Assembly (NCBI GenBank): GCA_963692915.1
Contig: OY843584.1
Location: forward strand, 416,001 to 480,000
DNA length: 64,000 nt
Direction of reading: 5' to 3'
Source of the DNA: Cenarchaeum sp.
Lineage (GTDB): Archaea; Thermoproteota; Nitrososphaeria; Nitrososphaerales; Nitrosopumilaceae
Position 1 is the first letter of the stretch; the number at the start of each line of letters is the position of its first letter. The notes beneath the pieces are model-generated. The model was not told the DNA's origin. It worked only from the letters and a program-made list of their open reading frames with translations, and ran no database searches. Of this stretch, positions 48,199 through 57,944 are shown one piece after another. A program made the position numbers and the translations under genes.

Positions 48199-49481
48199 GG
48201 CGAGAGCCTGTCGGGGTCGCGCGGGTACAGGACGGCTTCCCTGACGTTGTCAAGGCCGGCGATGAGCGTGACGAGCCTGTCCAGGCCCATGCCCCACCCC
48301 GAGTGCGGCGGCATTCCCCACGCAAACGACTCCAGGTGTGGGCCAAAGCCGGCGGGATCCAGGCCCTGCTCCTTTAGGCGCTCGCGCAGGATCGCCGGAT
48401 CGTGCAGCCTAGTGCCGCCCGAGGAGAGCTCTAGGTGCCCGTGCTGCAGGTCAAACGAGTGCGAGATCGATGCGTCATTGTCTCGCGGCATTATGTAGAA
48501 CGGCTTTAGCGCAGTCGGCCAGCCGGTAAGAAAGTAAAATCCGGGGTGGTTCTTGCCGACTATCTTGAGGTGCGAGTCAAGGAGGTCATCGCCCTGGCTA
48601 ATGTCCTCGCCTGCCTCGCGCAGCTCATCTACTGCCTGCGTGTACGTCACGCGCTCAAACGGCCTGTTCGGCGTGCCAATCGTGCCCTCCATGACACTTG
48701 CAGCATCAGCGCACGCTGTGGTGACAAGCTCCTCGAGTGTGTGCATGACATCCTCGTCGTCCATGAACGCCGCCTCAATGTCAACGCTGGTAAACTCGCT
48801 TAGGTGCCTGCCGGTGTGGGACTTTTCAGCACGGTAAAAGTTGGCAATCTCGTACACGCTGCCCAGGCCCATGGTCATCTGTTCCTTGTAGAGCTGTGGG
48901 CTTTGCGCAAGGTATGCAGTGCGTCCAAAATACTCTAGGGAGAACAGGTTTGCGCCGCCCTCACTTGCGCTCCCGATTATCTTTGGCGTTGTTATCTCCA
49001 TAAATCCGAGACTTGCAAATGTGTTTCTGAGCGATGAGAGCACGCCGGCGCGGAGGCGAAATATTGCCGCACTCTTTGCGTTGCGCATGTCTAGCGCGCG
49101 TGCGTTGAGACGTGCGTCAATTCCGCTCTCAAGCCTGCCTATTGGGTCTATGGGGAGCATCTGCGCTGCTTGCCCAAGGACGGTGACCTCCTCGGCGGAT
49201 ATCTCATAGTCCAGCCCGCGCGCGCGCGTCTCCTGCACCGGACCGGTCACGCGCACGGCACTCTGCCGCGCTATCGACGAGGCCTCATCGGCAAGGCTGC
49301 CCTTTGCTATTGCCTGCGCAACTCCGGTGTGGTCGCGAATGGTCAGGAACGTCACCTTGCCAAGGGCCCTGCTGTCCTCGACCCAGCCCGCTATGCCAAC
49401 GCGCTCGCCGACCATCTCGCGCGTGATGCCTGATATGACGTGAGTGCGACCGTATCCCAATGCCGTGCGCGAGTCGAGCAT
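48195..49481 (-). CDS. aspS: aspartate--tRNA ligase (archaeal type)
   Basis: LAQSPQLYK, YRAE, GMPPHSGWGMGLDR, YPRD motifs. Confidence 0.96.
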   Translation of the reverse strand: MLDSRTALGYGRTHVISGITREMVGERVGIAGWVEDSRALGKVTFLTIRDHTGVAQAIAKGSLADEASSIARQSAVRVTGPVQETRARGLDYEISAEEVTVLGQAAQMLPIDPIGRLESGIDARLNARALDMRNAKSAAIFRLRAGVLSSLRNTFASLGFMEITTPKIIGSASEGGANLFSLEYFGRTAYLAQSPQLYKEQMTMGLGSVYEIANFYRAEKSHTGRHLSEFTSVDIEAAFMDDEDVMHTLEELVTTACADAASVMEGTIGTPNRPFERVTYTQAVDELREAGEDISQGDDLLDSHLKIVGKNHPGFYFLTGWPTALKPFYIMPRDNDASISHSFDLQHGHLELSSGGTRLHDPAILRERLKEQGLDPAGFGPHLESFAWGMPPHSGWGMGLDRLVTLIAGLDNVREAVLYPRDPDRLSP

Positions 49482-49491
49482 GTCGCTATTA

Positions 49492-50664
49492 TCAAGATTT
49501 CGCACGATCCGGGGCATCGGCAATGTCCACGTCGGCAAAATCAGCACACTTGCAGGAGCAACGAACCTCAAGGAGGTCAGAGACGTTTGGGCTGACATCA
49601 GGTCCCTCGACGAACCTGCGTATGGGAAACCCGCCGTCGACCCTGAGGCGTAGCGTGAATGATCGTGGCGATGACCTTCTGTACGACACCGAGTGTATGG
49701 TGCGCCGCTGCATCCGTGTCCCATAGTCAGTCACCGGACCACGAAGCGATCGGAGGCTCGCAATGGACTCCTCGCCGATCTCCTCGTCTGACCCAATGTC
49801 AAGAATGGCCGTTAGCGAAAAGGCCGGAGCTGTCTTGGGGGGCGTGTTCACGCGGTGCGCGCACAGCAGCGTAACGCCACCAAGATTCACGCGTTTTGGG
49901 AACGCCACCCGCCTCCTTGTCGGGCATGCAAGCCTCACAAAGAATGGCCTTCCCCTCCCGCTGACCCTCCCGCCGCGCTCTTCGCTTCCACACCACGAGA
50001 ACCTTGCCTGCCTGGCGCCAAGCGCATCACACAGAAACTCGGCGAGCCTTCCCTCGACGCTGCACGTTCCTGACATGCCGCGCCTGCCGCACCTGACACA
50101 TCCCTTGCCAGAGCACACCCTGCAGCGCTCCTGCTTTTGCGGCATGTCGCGCGACTCTTTTGTGTAGCTTGCGCGCACATGCACGGGACGAGTCTCGATG
50201 CTGACGGATCCGTCCCTGAGGTCAACTTTTAGGGTCATCTCGGGTGATTTTGTGTCTGCGCGAGTGTGCGTTCTGCGCGCAAACATCCTCGAGAGCGTGT
50301 GTGTGACATCGGCCTTTATGCTCGGCGTGCCGCGCAGCCTGTATCTTGAGCGCATCGAGTCATCGGCATCTAGGACAGACGGCTTTAGCGTCGCGCCGAC
50401 AAGAAACGTGCCAAACTCGATCTCAGATGACAGGCGAACCATCTCGTCACAGACCGCATCGAGTCTCGCAAAGAGTCCACGGCACACAGAACACCTTGTG
50501 GCCTCGGCGTACCCTGCAGCCTCGCGCAGCCTCTTGCCCAGCCGTGCTGCGTCAGTTGCGCGCGCACGGCGCAAAAATGCCCTCCCTGCGCAGTGGTCAC
50601 AGAGCGGCCCGTCATCATGCATACTGTGTGCCTCCTCTGCTAGACTGCGGGCTATCCTGCCCAT
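49492..50664 (-). CDS. pus10: Pus10-like tRNA pseudouridine synthase (divergent)
   Basis: CDHCAGR zinc motif, YTKESRDMPQ, GRPFFV, DGGFPIRRFV..PNVS motifs. Confidence 0.75.
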   Translation of the reverse strand: MGRIARSLAEEAHSMHDDGPLCDHCAGRAFLRRARATDAARLGKRLREAAGYAEATRCSVCRGLFARLDAVCDEMVRLSSEIEFGTFLVGATLKPSVLDADDSMRSRYRLRGTPSIKADVTHTLSRMFARRTHTRADTKSPEMTLKVDLRDGSVSIETRPVHVRASYTKESRDMPQKQERCRVCSGKGCVRCGRRGMSGTCSVEGRLAEFLCDALGARQARFSWCGSEERGGRVSGRGRPFFVRLACPTRRRVAFPKRVNLGGVTLLCAHRVNTPPKTAPAFSLTAILDIGSDEEIGEESIASLRSLRGPVTDYGTRMQRRTIHSVSYRRSSPRSFTLRLRVDGGFPIRRFVEGPDVSPNVSDLLEVRCSCKCADFADVDIADAPDRAKS

Positions 50665-50716
50665 GGGCAGTCCACGACAGCCCATTTTATTAGCATTTGA
50701 CGCACTTGCGGCGTGG

Positions 50717-52315
50717 TTACTGCGCGGGGGGTCCGGCCGAGGCGATGTCCCCAAACGCGTCGCCAAACTTTGCAAAGTTGTCGACGAACATGCGGGCCAG
50801 GCGTGAGGCCATTGCGTCATATGCGACCCCGTCGGCCCAGCTCGCCCTCGGATCCAGCATCGCCTCGGGCACGCCAGGGCACGCCTCGGGCACATCTAGG
50901 TTGAACGTGCCGTTGTGCACATACTTTGCGTGGTCAAGAGTCCCGCCTACGGCTGCTGCGACTATTGCCCTGCTGTGCGATATGGCAATGCGCTTGCCTG
51001 TGCCATACGGCCCGCCAGTCCAGCCCGTGTTTATCAGGTACACCGACGTGCCATGGGCGTCAATCCTGTCGCCTAGCATGCGCGCGTATTCGGCTGCCGG
51101 CCGTGGCATGAACGGGGCTCCAAAGCACTCCGAGAAGACGGCCTTTGGCTCCTTTATGCCCCGCTCAGTGCCTGCAAGCTTGCTCGTGTATCCGGACATA
51201 AAGTGGTACATTGATCCACCTCGCGTGAGGCGTGAGACTGGCGGCAGGACGCCCATCGCGTCAGTCGTGAGAAAGACGATCACACTGGCATGTCCCCCCA
51301 CACTCGGCGAGACTGCCCCAGGAATATAGTCTAGCGGATATGCCACGCGCGTGTTCTCTGTAAAGCTCCCGTCATCAAATTCTGGCTCGCGTGTTTCTGA
51401 GTCGAGCACGACATTCTCGAGAACGGCGCCCGGCCTTATTGCTCCCCATATCTGCGGCTCTGCCTCGCGCCTGAGATTTATGCACTTTGCATAGCATCCA
51501 CCCTCCATGTTGAATGTTCCTGTGGGTGACCAGCCGTGTTCATCATCACCGATTAGCCTGCGCGACGGATCGGCTGACAGCGTCGTCTTGCCGGTTCCTG
51601 ACAGCCCAAAAAAAAGTGCGGTTTTGCCGTCTGCCCCTATGTTTGCCGAGCAGTGCATCGGAAGGACATCCCTACCGGGCAGGACATGGTTCATTACCGA
51701 AAATAGCGCCTTTTTCATTTCGCCCGCATACCGTGTTCCGCCGATAATGACCAGGCGCTGCTTTATGCCAATTAGTATAAACGCCTCTGAACGCGTGCCG
51801 TCCCTGGCGGGGTCGGCCTCAAAGTCGTTGAGACATAGGACGGTGAACTCGGGAACATGGGATGCCATCTCGGCTGCCGTTGGCCTGATGAAGAGCTGCC
51901 GTGCGAACAGGCTTTGCCACGCATGGTCATTTATGACGCGTATTGCCATTCGTGTCTGCGGATCTGCCCCAACAAACCCGTCAAAGGCATACAGCTCCTT
52001 GCCGTCTGCACTCTGCTTCATCCTCTCGGCCAGGGCCTCAAACTTTGATGGATCGAACTTTTTGTTTATCGAGCCCCAGTCCACAGTGTCATGCGTGATC
52101 TCGTCGTCGATGATAAACCGGTCAGACGGCGAGCGGCCAGTGTACTTGCCCGTCTGGACCGCCAGGGCTCCAGTGGAGGAGACGACGCCCTCGCCGGCGT
52201 TGACTGCTATGGCCGTGATCTCGGCCGGATCGAGGTTCCGGTGCACGCGCGCCGGCCGGAGGCCAAACTCGCGTATCTGCGCGCCAAAGTCGGCTGCGCT
52301 AGCCTCAGAGGCCAG
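50717..52315 (-). CDS. pckA: phosphoenolpyruvate carboxykinase (ATP)
   Basis: TGRSP, YAGEMKK, GLSGTGKTT, GDDEHGW, NTR motifs; start GTG 52246 or CTG 52315. Confidence 0.96.
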   Translation of the reverse strand: MASEASAADFGAQIREFGLRPARVHRNLDPAEITAIAVNAGEGVVSSTGALAVQTGKYTGRSPSDRFIIDDEITHDTVDWGSINKKFDPSKFEALAERMKQSADGKELYAFDGFVGADPQTRMAIRVINDHAWQSLFARQLFIRPTAAEMASHVPEFTVLCLNDFEADPARDGTRSEAFILIGIKQRLVIIGGTRYAGEMKKALFSVMNHVLPGRDVLPMHCSANIGADGKTALFFGLSGTGKTTLSADPSRRLIGDDEHGWSPTGTFNMEGGCYAKCINLRREAEPQIWGAIRPGAVLENVVLDSETREPEFDDGSFTENTRVAYPLDYIPGAVSPSVGGHASVIVFLTTDAMGVLPPVSRLTRGGSMYHFMSGYTSKLAGTERGIKEPKAVFSECFGAPFMPRPAAEYARMLGDRIDAHGTSVYLINTGWTGGPYGTGKRIAISHSRAIVAAAVGGTLDHAKYVHNGTFNLDVPEACPGVPEAMLDPRASWADGVAYDAMASRLARMFVDNFAKFGDAFGDIASAGPPAQ

Positions 52316-52457
52316 TCCCTTTCACGCCTGACACCAGTACTCTAGAGGCCATGATGTGTGAGCACAGGCCGCAAAAATTCCCTTTTATCTCTTTTCAGGC
52401 ATAGCGGACGCCGGCATACGAAGCTATTTATTCAAAAAATCGAGCGTGTGGCGCACG

Positions 52458-52862
52458 ATGCCCATAAACAAGGAGCGCATTGAGGCTCGCAAGCGCGTCT
52501 CGGAGACGAGGCCGGACTTTGTGAGGCCGGAGAGCTGGAGGTATGTGAGGCTCCAGACCACGTGGCGCAAGCCCAAGGGGGTCGACAACCACCAGCGCAA
52601 GCAGCTCAGCCGTGGACGCCCTGGGCTCGTAAAGGCCGGATATGGCGGTCCGGTCGCCTCGCGTGGACTCCACCCTTCAGGATACACGGACAACCTTGTC
52701 CATAATGTGGCCGGCCTGGCCTCGATCGATCCAAAAACAGACGGCGTGCGCCTCGGCCACAGCGTCGGCAGGCGCAAGCGCCTGGCCATAGTGTCACGTG
52801 CCTCAGAGCTTGGCATCAAGGTGTTCAACGCAAGGGTGGAGCGAGTTGGTAGTAAATCTTAG
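52458..52862 (+). CDS. rpl32e: 50S ribosomal protein L32e
   Basis: PDFVRPESWRY, WRKPKGVD, GLHPSG motifs. Confidence 0.96.
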   Translation: MPINKERIEARKRVSETRPDFVRPESWRYVRLQTTWRKPKGVDNHQRKQLSRGRPGLVKAGYGGPVASRGLHPSGYTDNLVHNVAGLASIDPKTDGVRLGHSVGRRKRLAIVSRASELGIKVFNARVERVGSKS

Positions 52863-53292
52863 GGCCAAAAAGCTCCTCGTCTCCCGTGTGACCGGCGTGG
52901 GCACGGGGCGCATACGCTTCAACACCGAAAAGCTTGACGATATCGCAGACGCAATCACGCGTGAGAACGTGCGCAGCCTGATCACCGCAAACACGATACG
53001 CATAGTTCCGGCAAGCGGGACATCCCATGGCCGCGCCGACCAAAAGCGTGCGCAAAAGAAAAAGCGTGGCACTACGGCCGGCTCAAAGCGCGGACGCCAG
53101 GGTGCTCGCGTGGGCAAAAAGGAGAACCACGTCGCCAGGGTTCGCTCCCTGCGCAGGCTGCTAAAGATAGCAAAGGAGCGCAAGGAGATAACCAACGCCG
53201 AATTTTGGCGCCTTTATGGGCGTGTCGGCGGCAACCTTGTGAGGAACAAGGCGCACCTGCGATCGCTCATTGCCGAGTCCGTCTCGTCCTAG
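52846..53292 (+). CDS. rpl19e: 50S ribosomal protein L19e
   Basis: AITRENVRSLI, GSKRG..GAR motifs. Confidence 0.95.
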   Translation: MVVNLRAKKLLVSRVTGVGTGRIRFNTEKLDDIADAITRENVRSLITANTIRIVPASGTSHGRADQKRAQKKKRGTTAGSKRGRQGARVGKKENHVARVRSLRRLLKIAKERKEITNAEFWRLYGRVGGNLVRNKAHLRSLIAESVSS

Positions 53293-53620
53293 CGCGCCGC
53301 CACGAGTGCCTTGCGTCGCCAAACTCGACAATCTTGCCGCGCCTCACCCTTATTCCCTCTAGTGTGAGCATACTCTCCTTTATGGCGCTTCCATGGGCAT
53401 ATCCGCCAAGCGTGCCGTCTGAGCGCACCACCCTGTGGCACGGCACCAGTCCAGGCCAGGGGTTCGTCGCCATCATGTTCCCGACTGCCCTCTGCCCGCC
53501 GGGAATGCCAGCCGCGCGAGCAAGGTCCGCATATGTCGTGACCTCGCCGCGCTTGACCTTTAGGAGCTCGCGGTACACCCTGGCGCGAGCGCTGCGCGGC
53601 TTTACGGCATCTGCGCTCAA
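53267..53620 (-). CDS. ogt: methylated-DNA--protein-cysteine methyltransferase (MGMT, single domain)
   Basis: TYADLA, RAVG, PCHRVV active site. Confidence 0.9.
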   Translation of the reverse strand: MSADAVKPRSARARVYRELLKVKRGEVTTYADLARAAGIPGGQRAVGNMMATNPWPGLVPCHRVVRSDGTLGGYAHGSAIKESMLTLEGIRVRRGKIVEFGDARHSWRRARTRRTRQ

Positions 53621-54399
53621 AGGCGCACAACCTCGATTTCGGACTCTTGGAGCATTTCGAGTATGCGCGCCTTGTGCGGGCCCATGCCGCTCGCATCAAC
53701 GAGCGCAACGCGCGCACCGGCATTCCTGGCAAGTATGTGGTCCATCATCGTGCGGTCGACTAGCTCGAGTGCGCGCCTTGGGACTATTGTGCCGGGCGCA
53801 AACTCGCCGGTGGCAGCCTCGCGCGTAAACTTTTCCGGATAGTGCCCGCCGCCAAAGCATACGGCCTCCGGGCTTGGCGCACCGCTCTCGAGGAGCGCAC
53901 CGCGCAGGACATCTGCAACGCGCGCACACAGGTTGGCATCACGCCATTGCTCCTCACTAGTGCCGACCTCTACGAACGCCGAAGGGACGCGCAGCGCAGT
54001 CGGACCGTGGTGCGTCGCCTCTAGGGTCAGGTGGAACCCGTCAAATGCGCCACTGTTCTCCCAGAGCGCGCGAATGTGCCTCTTTATCAGCTGTGAGTGT
54101 GGAACCGCAACCTCGGCGTCGCGGCCTCCGGCCTGCGCGACGCCAAAGTTGCCCGTGCTGTGGCACGTCAGCGCAAGGCGCCCGGACGCCGCTGCGTGCC
54201 TGGAGAGAAACACGACCCTGTCATACTTGCCGCCCATGCCCTCCTCGAGCGTGTCGGCCTCTATGGCCGGCCCCTCTATGGCCATGATGTCAAACCCGCC
54301 GCACTCGGTGGACTCCCCCTGCGTGGGCGCCTGCCCGCCTAGGGCAGTGGCCATATTCACGCCTGCGGGGTCGTCCATGCCCACCACGAGGAGATCCAC
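53617..54399 (-). CDS. dtdA: D-aminoacyl-tRNA deacylase (DTD2)
   Basis: SRH, HSTGN, EATHHGP, FVEVGT, GGGHY motifs. Confidence 0.92.
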   Translation of the reverse strand: MDLLVVGMDDPAGVNMATALGGQAPTQGESTECGGFDIMAIEGPAIEADTLEEGMGGKYDRVVFLSRHAAASGRLALTCHSTGNFGVAQAGGRDAEVAVPHSQLIKRHIRALWENSGAFDGFHLTLEATHHGPTALRVPSAFVEVGTSEEQWRDANLCARVADVLRGALLESGAPSPEAVCFGGGHYPEKFTREAATGEFAPGTIVPRRALELVDRTMMDHILARNAGARVALVDASGMGPHKARILEMLQESEIEVVRL

Positions 54400-54442
54400 T
54401 GGACAAAAGATATAAGGACACAATATTAACTTGCGTGCGTCA

Positions 54443-54616
54443 ATGAACCCAAAGCAGACGTTCAAGAACATGGCCAACACCGTCAAGATGGCCAAAAAGT
54501 CCGATCGTGACGACTATATGCAGCATATGCGCCTGGTACTCCTCGGCATAGGGTGCGTGGGCTCTATAGGGTTTATCATCCAGTTCGTCTTTTCGGTGAT
54601 CACGTATGGAAACTAG
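54443..54616 (+). CDS. secE: protein translocase subunit SecE (Sec61 gamma)
   Basis: Amphipathic helix plus one TM; immediately upstream of spt5. Confidence 0.88.
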   Translation: MNPKQTFKNMANTVKMAKKSDRDDYMQHMRLVLLGIGCVGSIGFIIQFVFSVITYGN

Positions 54617-55073
54617 CGCGGCTTCTGAACACTCTCACCTCTTTGCGATAAAGACCACGGGAGGCCAGGAAAAGGTCGTCATGAACATGCTTGAGGCAAA
54701 GACGCGCCTTGGCAAGGTTGGAATACAGTCTGTCCTGCTAGTCGACAACCTAAAGGGTTATGTCGTTATCGAGGCTGCAGACCCAAACCTCGCGTACAGC
54801 GCAATCGATGGCGTGAGGCACATACGCGGACAGCTTCGTGGAGAGCTCGACTTTAAGGACATCGAGGGCTATCTCATAAAAAAGTCGTCTGCCTCGCAGC
54901 TTGCAATTGACTCGACTGTCGAGATTACGGGCGGGCCATTCAAGGGCATGAAGGCAACAGTCAGTCGCATAGACGCCGAAAAGGAGGAGGCCACTGTGGT
55001 TCTCCTAGATGCGGCATACTCGCTTCCGGTCACAGTCGACGCAAACTACCTAAAGCCCTCACAGCCCACGTGA
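54606..55073 (+). CDS. spt5: transcription elongation factor Spt5 (NusG)
   Basis: TTGGQE, KGYVVIE, KOW motif VEITGGPFKG. Confidence 0.96.
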   Translation: METSAASEHSHLFAIKTTGGQEKVVMNMLEAKTRLGKVGIQSVLLVDNLKGYVVIEAADPNLAYSAIDGVRHIRGQLRGELDFKDIEGYLIKKSSASQLAIDSTVEITGGPFKGMKATVSRIDAEKEEATVVLLDAAYSLPVTVDANYLKPSQPT

Positions 55074-55118
55074 TTGCGGGCAAGGGTTTAATTTGAAGCG
55101 TGGATCGCATTTCGTGCG

Positions 55119-56225
55119 TTGGAAGAGACACTCGAGTCGTTCTTTAGCTTTGGTGATGACACCAGCACGCTTCTCACGCTGGTCTGGATACTCCCAGTGA
55201 TCATCTTTGTGTTTTACGGACAGAGAATACAGCTATACATAACGTCCGGCGAGATTGGCAAAAAGATAAGCAAGCTGGGGGGATACACGAGCGAGTCCAG
55301 GGATGAGATTGTCCGACACGCCGAGACGGCTATTGCGCCTGGACTCAGGGACAGGATTGACAGGTTTCTTGACTATTTCACAATAGTGCCAATCGACATG
55401 GATCCCGCAGGGATGGTCGAGCGCGTGCGCCATGTGATCCGCTCGCGTGATGACTCGACTAGGGCGCACATTGCGTCACTTGCAAAGGACATGCCCGAGT
55501 TCGAGATAGCCCGCACACAGGCGCTAGTGGAGGTATGCGCGACGCTCAAGTCCCTCCATGCGATGGTGACACACCTCTTTCTCACTGCAAAGAGGCAGAA
55601 CAACTATCCGCTCATACTCCCGCTGCAGATGATGCTGCCGTTTGTCATGGAGCAGGCCGATGGGCTGCGTGCTGCCATGGGCGCATTTGCAAAGTGCGTG
55701 CCCATAGGTGACGGGATAGGGCCGATGGTCGTAGGCTCCATGATGGGTGGCCTGGAAAAGCGCGAGGTGGCGTTTCAGACCGTCGCAGCTGACACGGATC
55801 TCGACGGGAGGCGCCTGGTTCTCATAAAGGCGCGCGGGCCCATACCGACGGTGGGCCGGCTAGAGGAGGCGCTAGCCCCGATGGTCAGCACAACACGGCC
55901 TGATGCCATAGTCATGGTCGACGCTGCCCTAAAGCTTGAGGGCGAGGAGTCTGGCACCGTCGCGCACGGGTTTGGCGCTGCGATGGGGGGCAGTGGGGCC
56001 GAGAGGGCCTCGATCGAGGCACTGGCCACGCGCGAGCGCATCCCTGTCTACTCTGTGGTAGTCAAGGTGTCGATAACTGAGGCGCTCTCGCCAATGTCCG
56101 AAACCATTGCAAAGTCGTCAGCCGTGGCAACAGACGCAGTAAGGGACGCCATACTGGACAACACGCGCAGCGGCGAGCTCGTCGCAGTCATGGGCGTGGG
56201 CAACACGTCAGGGGTGCTGCAATGA
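55119..56225 (+). CDS. DUF1512 family protein
   Basis: N-terminal TM; PIGDGIGP, VDAALKLEGE, GVGNT motifs. Confidence 0.85.
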   Translation: MEETLESFFSFGDDTSTLLTLVWILPVIIFVFYGQRIQLYITSGEIGKKISKLGGYTSESRDEIVRHAETAIAPGLRDRIDRFLDYFTIVPIDMDPAGMVERVRHVIRSRDDSTRAHIASLAKDMPEFEIARTQALVEVCATLKSLHAMVTHLFLTAKRQNNYPLILPLQMMLPFVMEQADGLRAAMGAFAKCVPIGDGIGPMVVGSMMGGLEKREVAFQTVAADTDLDGRRLVLIKARGPIPTVGRLEEALAPMVSTTRPDAIVMVDAALKLEGEESGTVAHGFGAAMGGSGAERASIEALATRERIPVYSVVVKVSITEALSPMSETIAKSSAVATDAVRDAILDNTRSGELVAVMGVGNTSGVLQ

Positions 56226-56416
56226 GGCTTCCATGGTCGCGACGCGAGCCCCCAAAGGTTCTGCTTACTGCCATCTGGTGCGATTCGTGCTCTGGAACAG
56301 AGACGCGCGAGCACGCCGACAGTGATGCCGTGTTTGGCGACGCAAAGTGCCCCAAGTGCAACGGCGCAGCGCGCATCACTATGGTGTACTCTGGCTCTCC
56401 GACGGGATCGTCGTGA
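56222..56416 (+). CDS. small zinc-ribbon protein
   Basis: CDSC...CPKC; ATGA-coupled to DUF1512. Confidence 0.7.
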   Translation: MRLPWSRREPPKVLLTAIWCDSCSGTETREHADSDAVFGDAKCPKCNGAARITMVYSGSPTGSS

Positions 56417-57290
56417 TCGTCGCGTGGCCGTCCTCGGCGATAAACGTGTGCTCTGCCTGCGCAACCCTCTGTCCTGCGGCCTCGACGAGAACCGCGTATG
56501 CGTGCACGGCTCTTGACTTGACCAGGATGTCAAGGAGGCGTCCGGCCTCGTCGGCCTCCCAGCGCTCAAGCCACCTGCGAGCAAACGGGAGCGCGTTGAA
56601 CTTTTCCCATATGTAGTTCAGCATCTCGTTTGCAGCATCGTCCTTTGCCTTTTTTCTTGACACAAGCGCAAATATGTTCTTTGTCTTGCCATCGCGCACA
56701 AACCCCAATCCCTTTGACGTTGTGACAAACGGCTCGCATGCGTATGCTGCCCCCTCGTCAAGGGATGATGAGCGCACCGCCCACGTGTTGGGTATTGACT
56801 TGCCCGCATGCAGCTCGTACTGGTCAAGGGAATGCCCTGTCAGGTTTGCTATTGGCTTGCACGAGTGGCGCTTGATGGTGCGCTCTATGGTGCGCCCAAT
56901 GTCGCGTGTCTTGGCACCGGCCTGCACAACTGCCATGGCCTCACTTAGCGCATCCTCGGCAGCATTGACTATCCCGTCATAGTCAGGATCCATGTTCACC
57001 GTCACGGCAGTGTCCGCAATGTAGCCGTCAATGTGGGCACCCATGTCGACCTTTACCGTGTCTGACTCGCCGATAACTAGCGTGTCATCAGGCTCGGCCG
57101 TATAGTGTGCGGCGACATTGTTGACACTGATGTTTACGGGAAATGCGCACTCGGCGCCTCGCCTGCGTATGTCCGCCTCGACGCCCTCGCAGATCTCAAG
57201 GGCAGTCTTGCCCCTGAGGTCCATGCCCCGGACAGTCTCCCTTGCCGCAGACGCTATCTTGCCTGCCTTGACATACTCGTCGCGTCCCAT
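56379..57290 (-). CDS. map: methionine aminopeptidase, type II
   Basis: AFPVN, AAHY, DMGAHIDGYIADTA, GHS, EPF, EHT motifs. Confidence 0.96.
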   Translation of the reverse strand: MGRDEYVKAGKIASAARETVRGMDLRGKTALEICEGVEADIRRRGAECAFPVNISVNNVAAHYTAEPDDTLVIGESDTVKVDMGAHIDGYIADTAVTVNMDPDYDGIVNAAEDALSEAMAVVQAGAKTRDIGRTIERTIKRHSCKPIANLTGHSLDQYELHAGKSIPNTWAVRSSSLDEGAAYACEPFVTTSKGLGFVRDGKTKNIFALVSRKKAKDDAANEMLNYIWEKFNALPFARRWLERWEADEAGRLLDILVKSRAVHAYAVLVEAAGQRVAQAEHTFIAEDGHATITTIPSESQSTP

Positions 57291-57380
57291 GGATCGCGCC
57301 CGCCGGGGGTCTATATTTAATGAAACCGCGTCATATGCCATGGCAGGGTTAAATTGGGGCGCCGCTCGCGCCGCCGTGCT

Positions 57381-57457
57381 GGGATTGTAGTCTAGCATGG
57401 TATGATTCTGGTTTTGGGTACCAGAGGCCGCAGGTTCAAGTCCTGCCAATCCCACCA
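57381..57457 (+). tRNA. tRNA-Pro(TGG)
   Basis: GGGATTG/CAATCCC acceptor, CTGGT-TTTGGGT-ACCAG anticodon arm, GGTTCAAGTCC, encoded CCA. Confidence 0.95.
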
Positions 57458-57589
57458 TCCATGTGACACCCCTGGGCACGATCAGGCACACGCCGCGCAT
57501 GCCCGTTCCGCCGTGGGGACTCGGGCACACCAAAGGGCACCCGTCTGCGCAATACGGTTTATTTATGCGACCCTGAGCCACGCCTGCTG

Positions 57590-57916
57590 ATGGCACAGAC
57601 GCAGGTAAGCGGCGTGATGGGCTCGATCAGGTCAGTGGAGACTGGCATTGACGAGCTTGGCGGGCGCGTCGCGGACATGAAAAAGTCACTGGCCTCCAAG
57701 GCCTCCTCCGAGTCTGATGCCTTGATGGGGCGTGTGCGCGAGATGGCCACTGCCGAGGCCAAGTCGATAGTCGACAAGGCTCGCAAGGACGCCGAATCCG
57801 AGTCAGCGCGCATAAAGAGCGAGGGCGATGCCCGCCTGGCTGACATACAGTCGCGCATCGACTCCAACCTTGGCGACGCCGTCAACTATGCCGTCTCGGA
57901 GATACTCAAGGCATAG
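57590..57916 (+). CDS. helical charged protein resembling A/V-type ATP synthase peripheral stalk subunit H/G
   Basis: EAKSIVDKARKDAE pattern and AVxxAVxEIL C-terminus; not in an ATPase operon. Confidence 0.5.
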   Translation: MAQTQVSGVMGSIRSVETGIDELGGRVADMKKSLASKASSESDALMGRVREMATAEAKSIVDKARKDAESESARIKSEGDARLADIQSRIDSNLGDAVNYAVSEILKA

Positions 57917-57944
57917 CGCCGCGGCTCCGTCAGGCTCTGACGGT

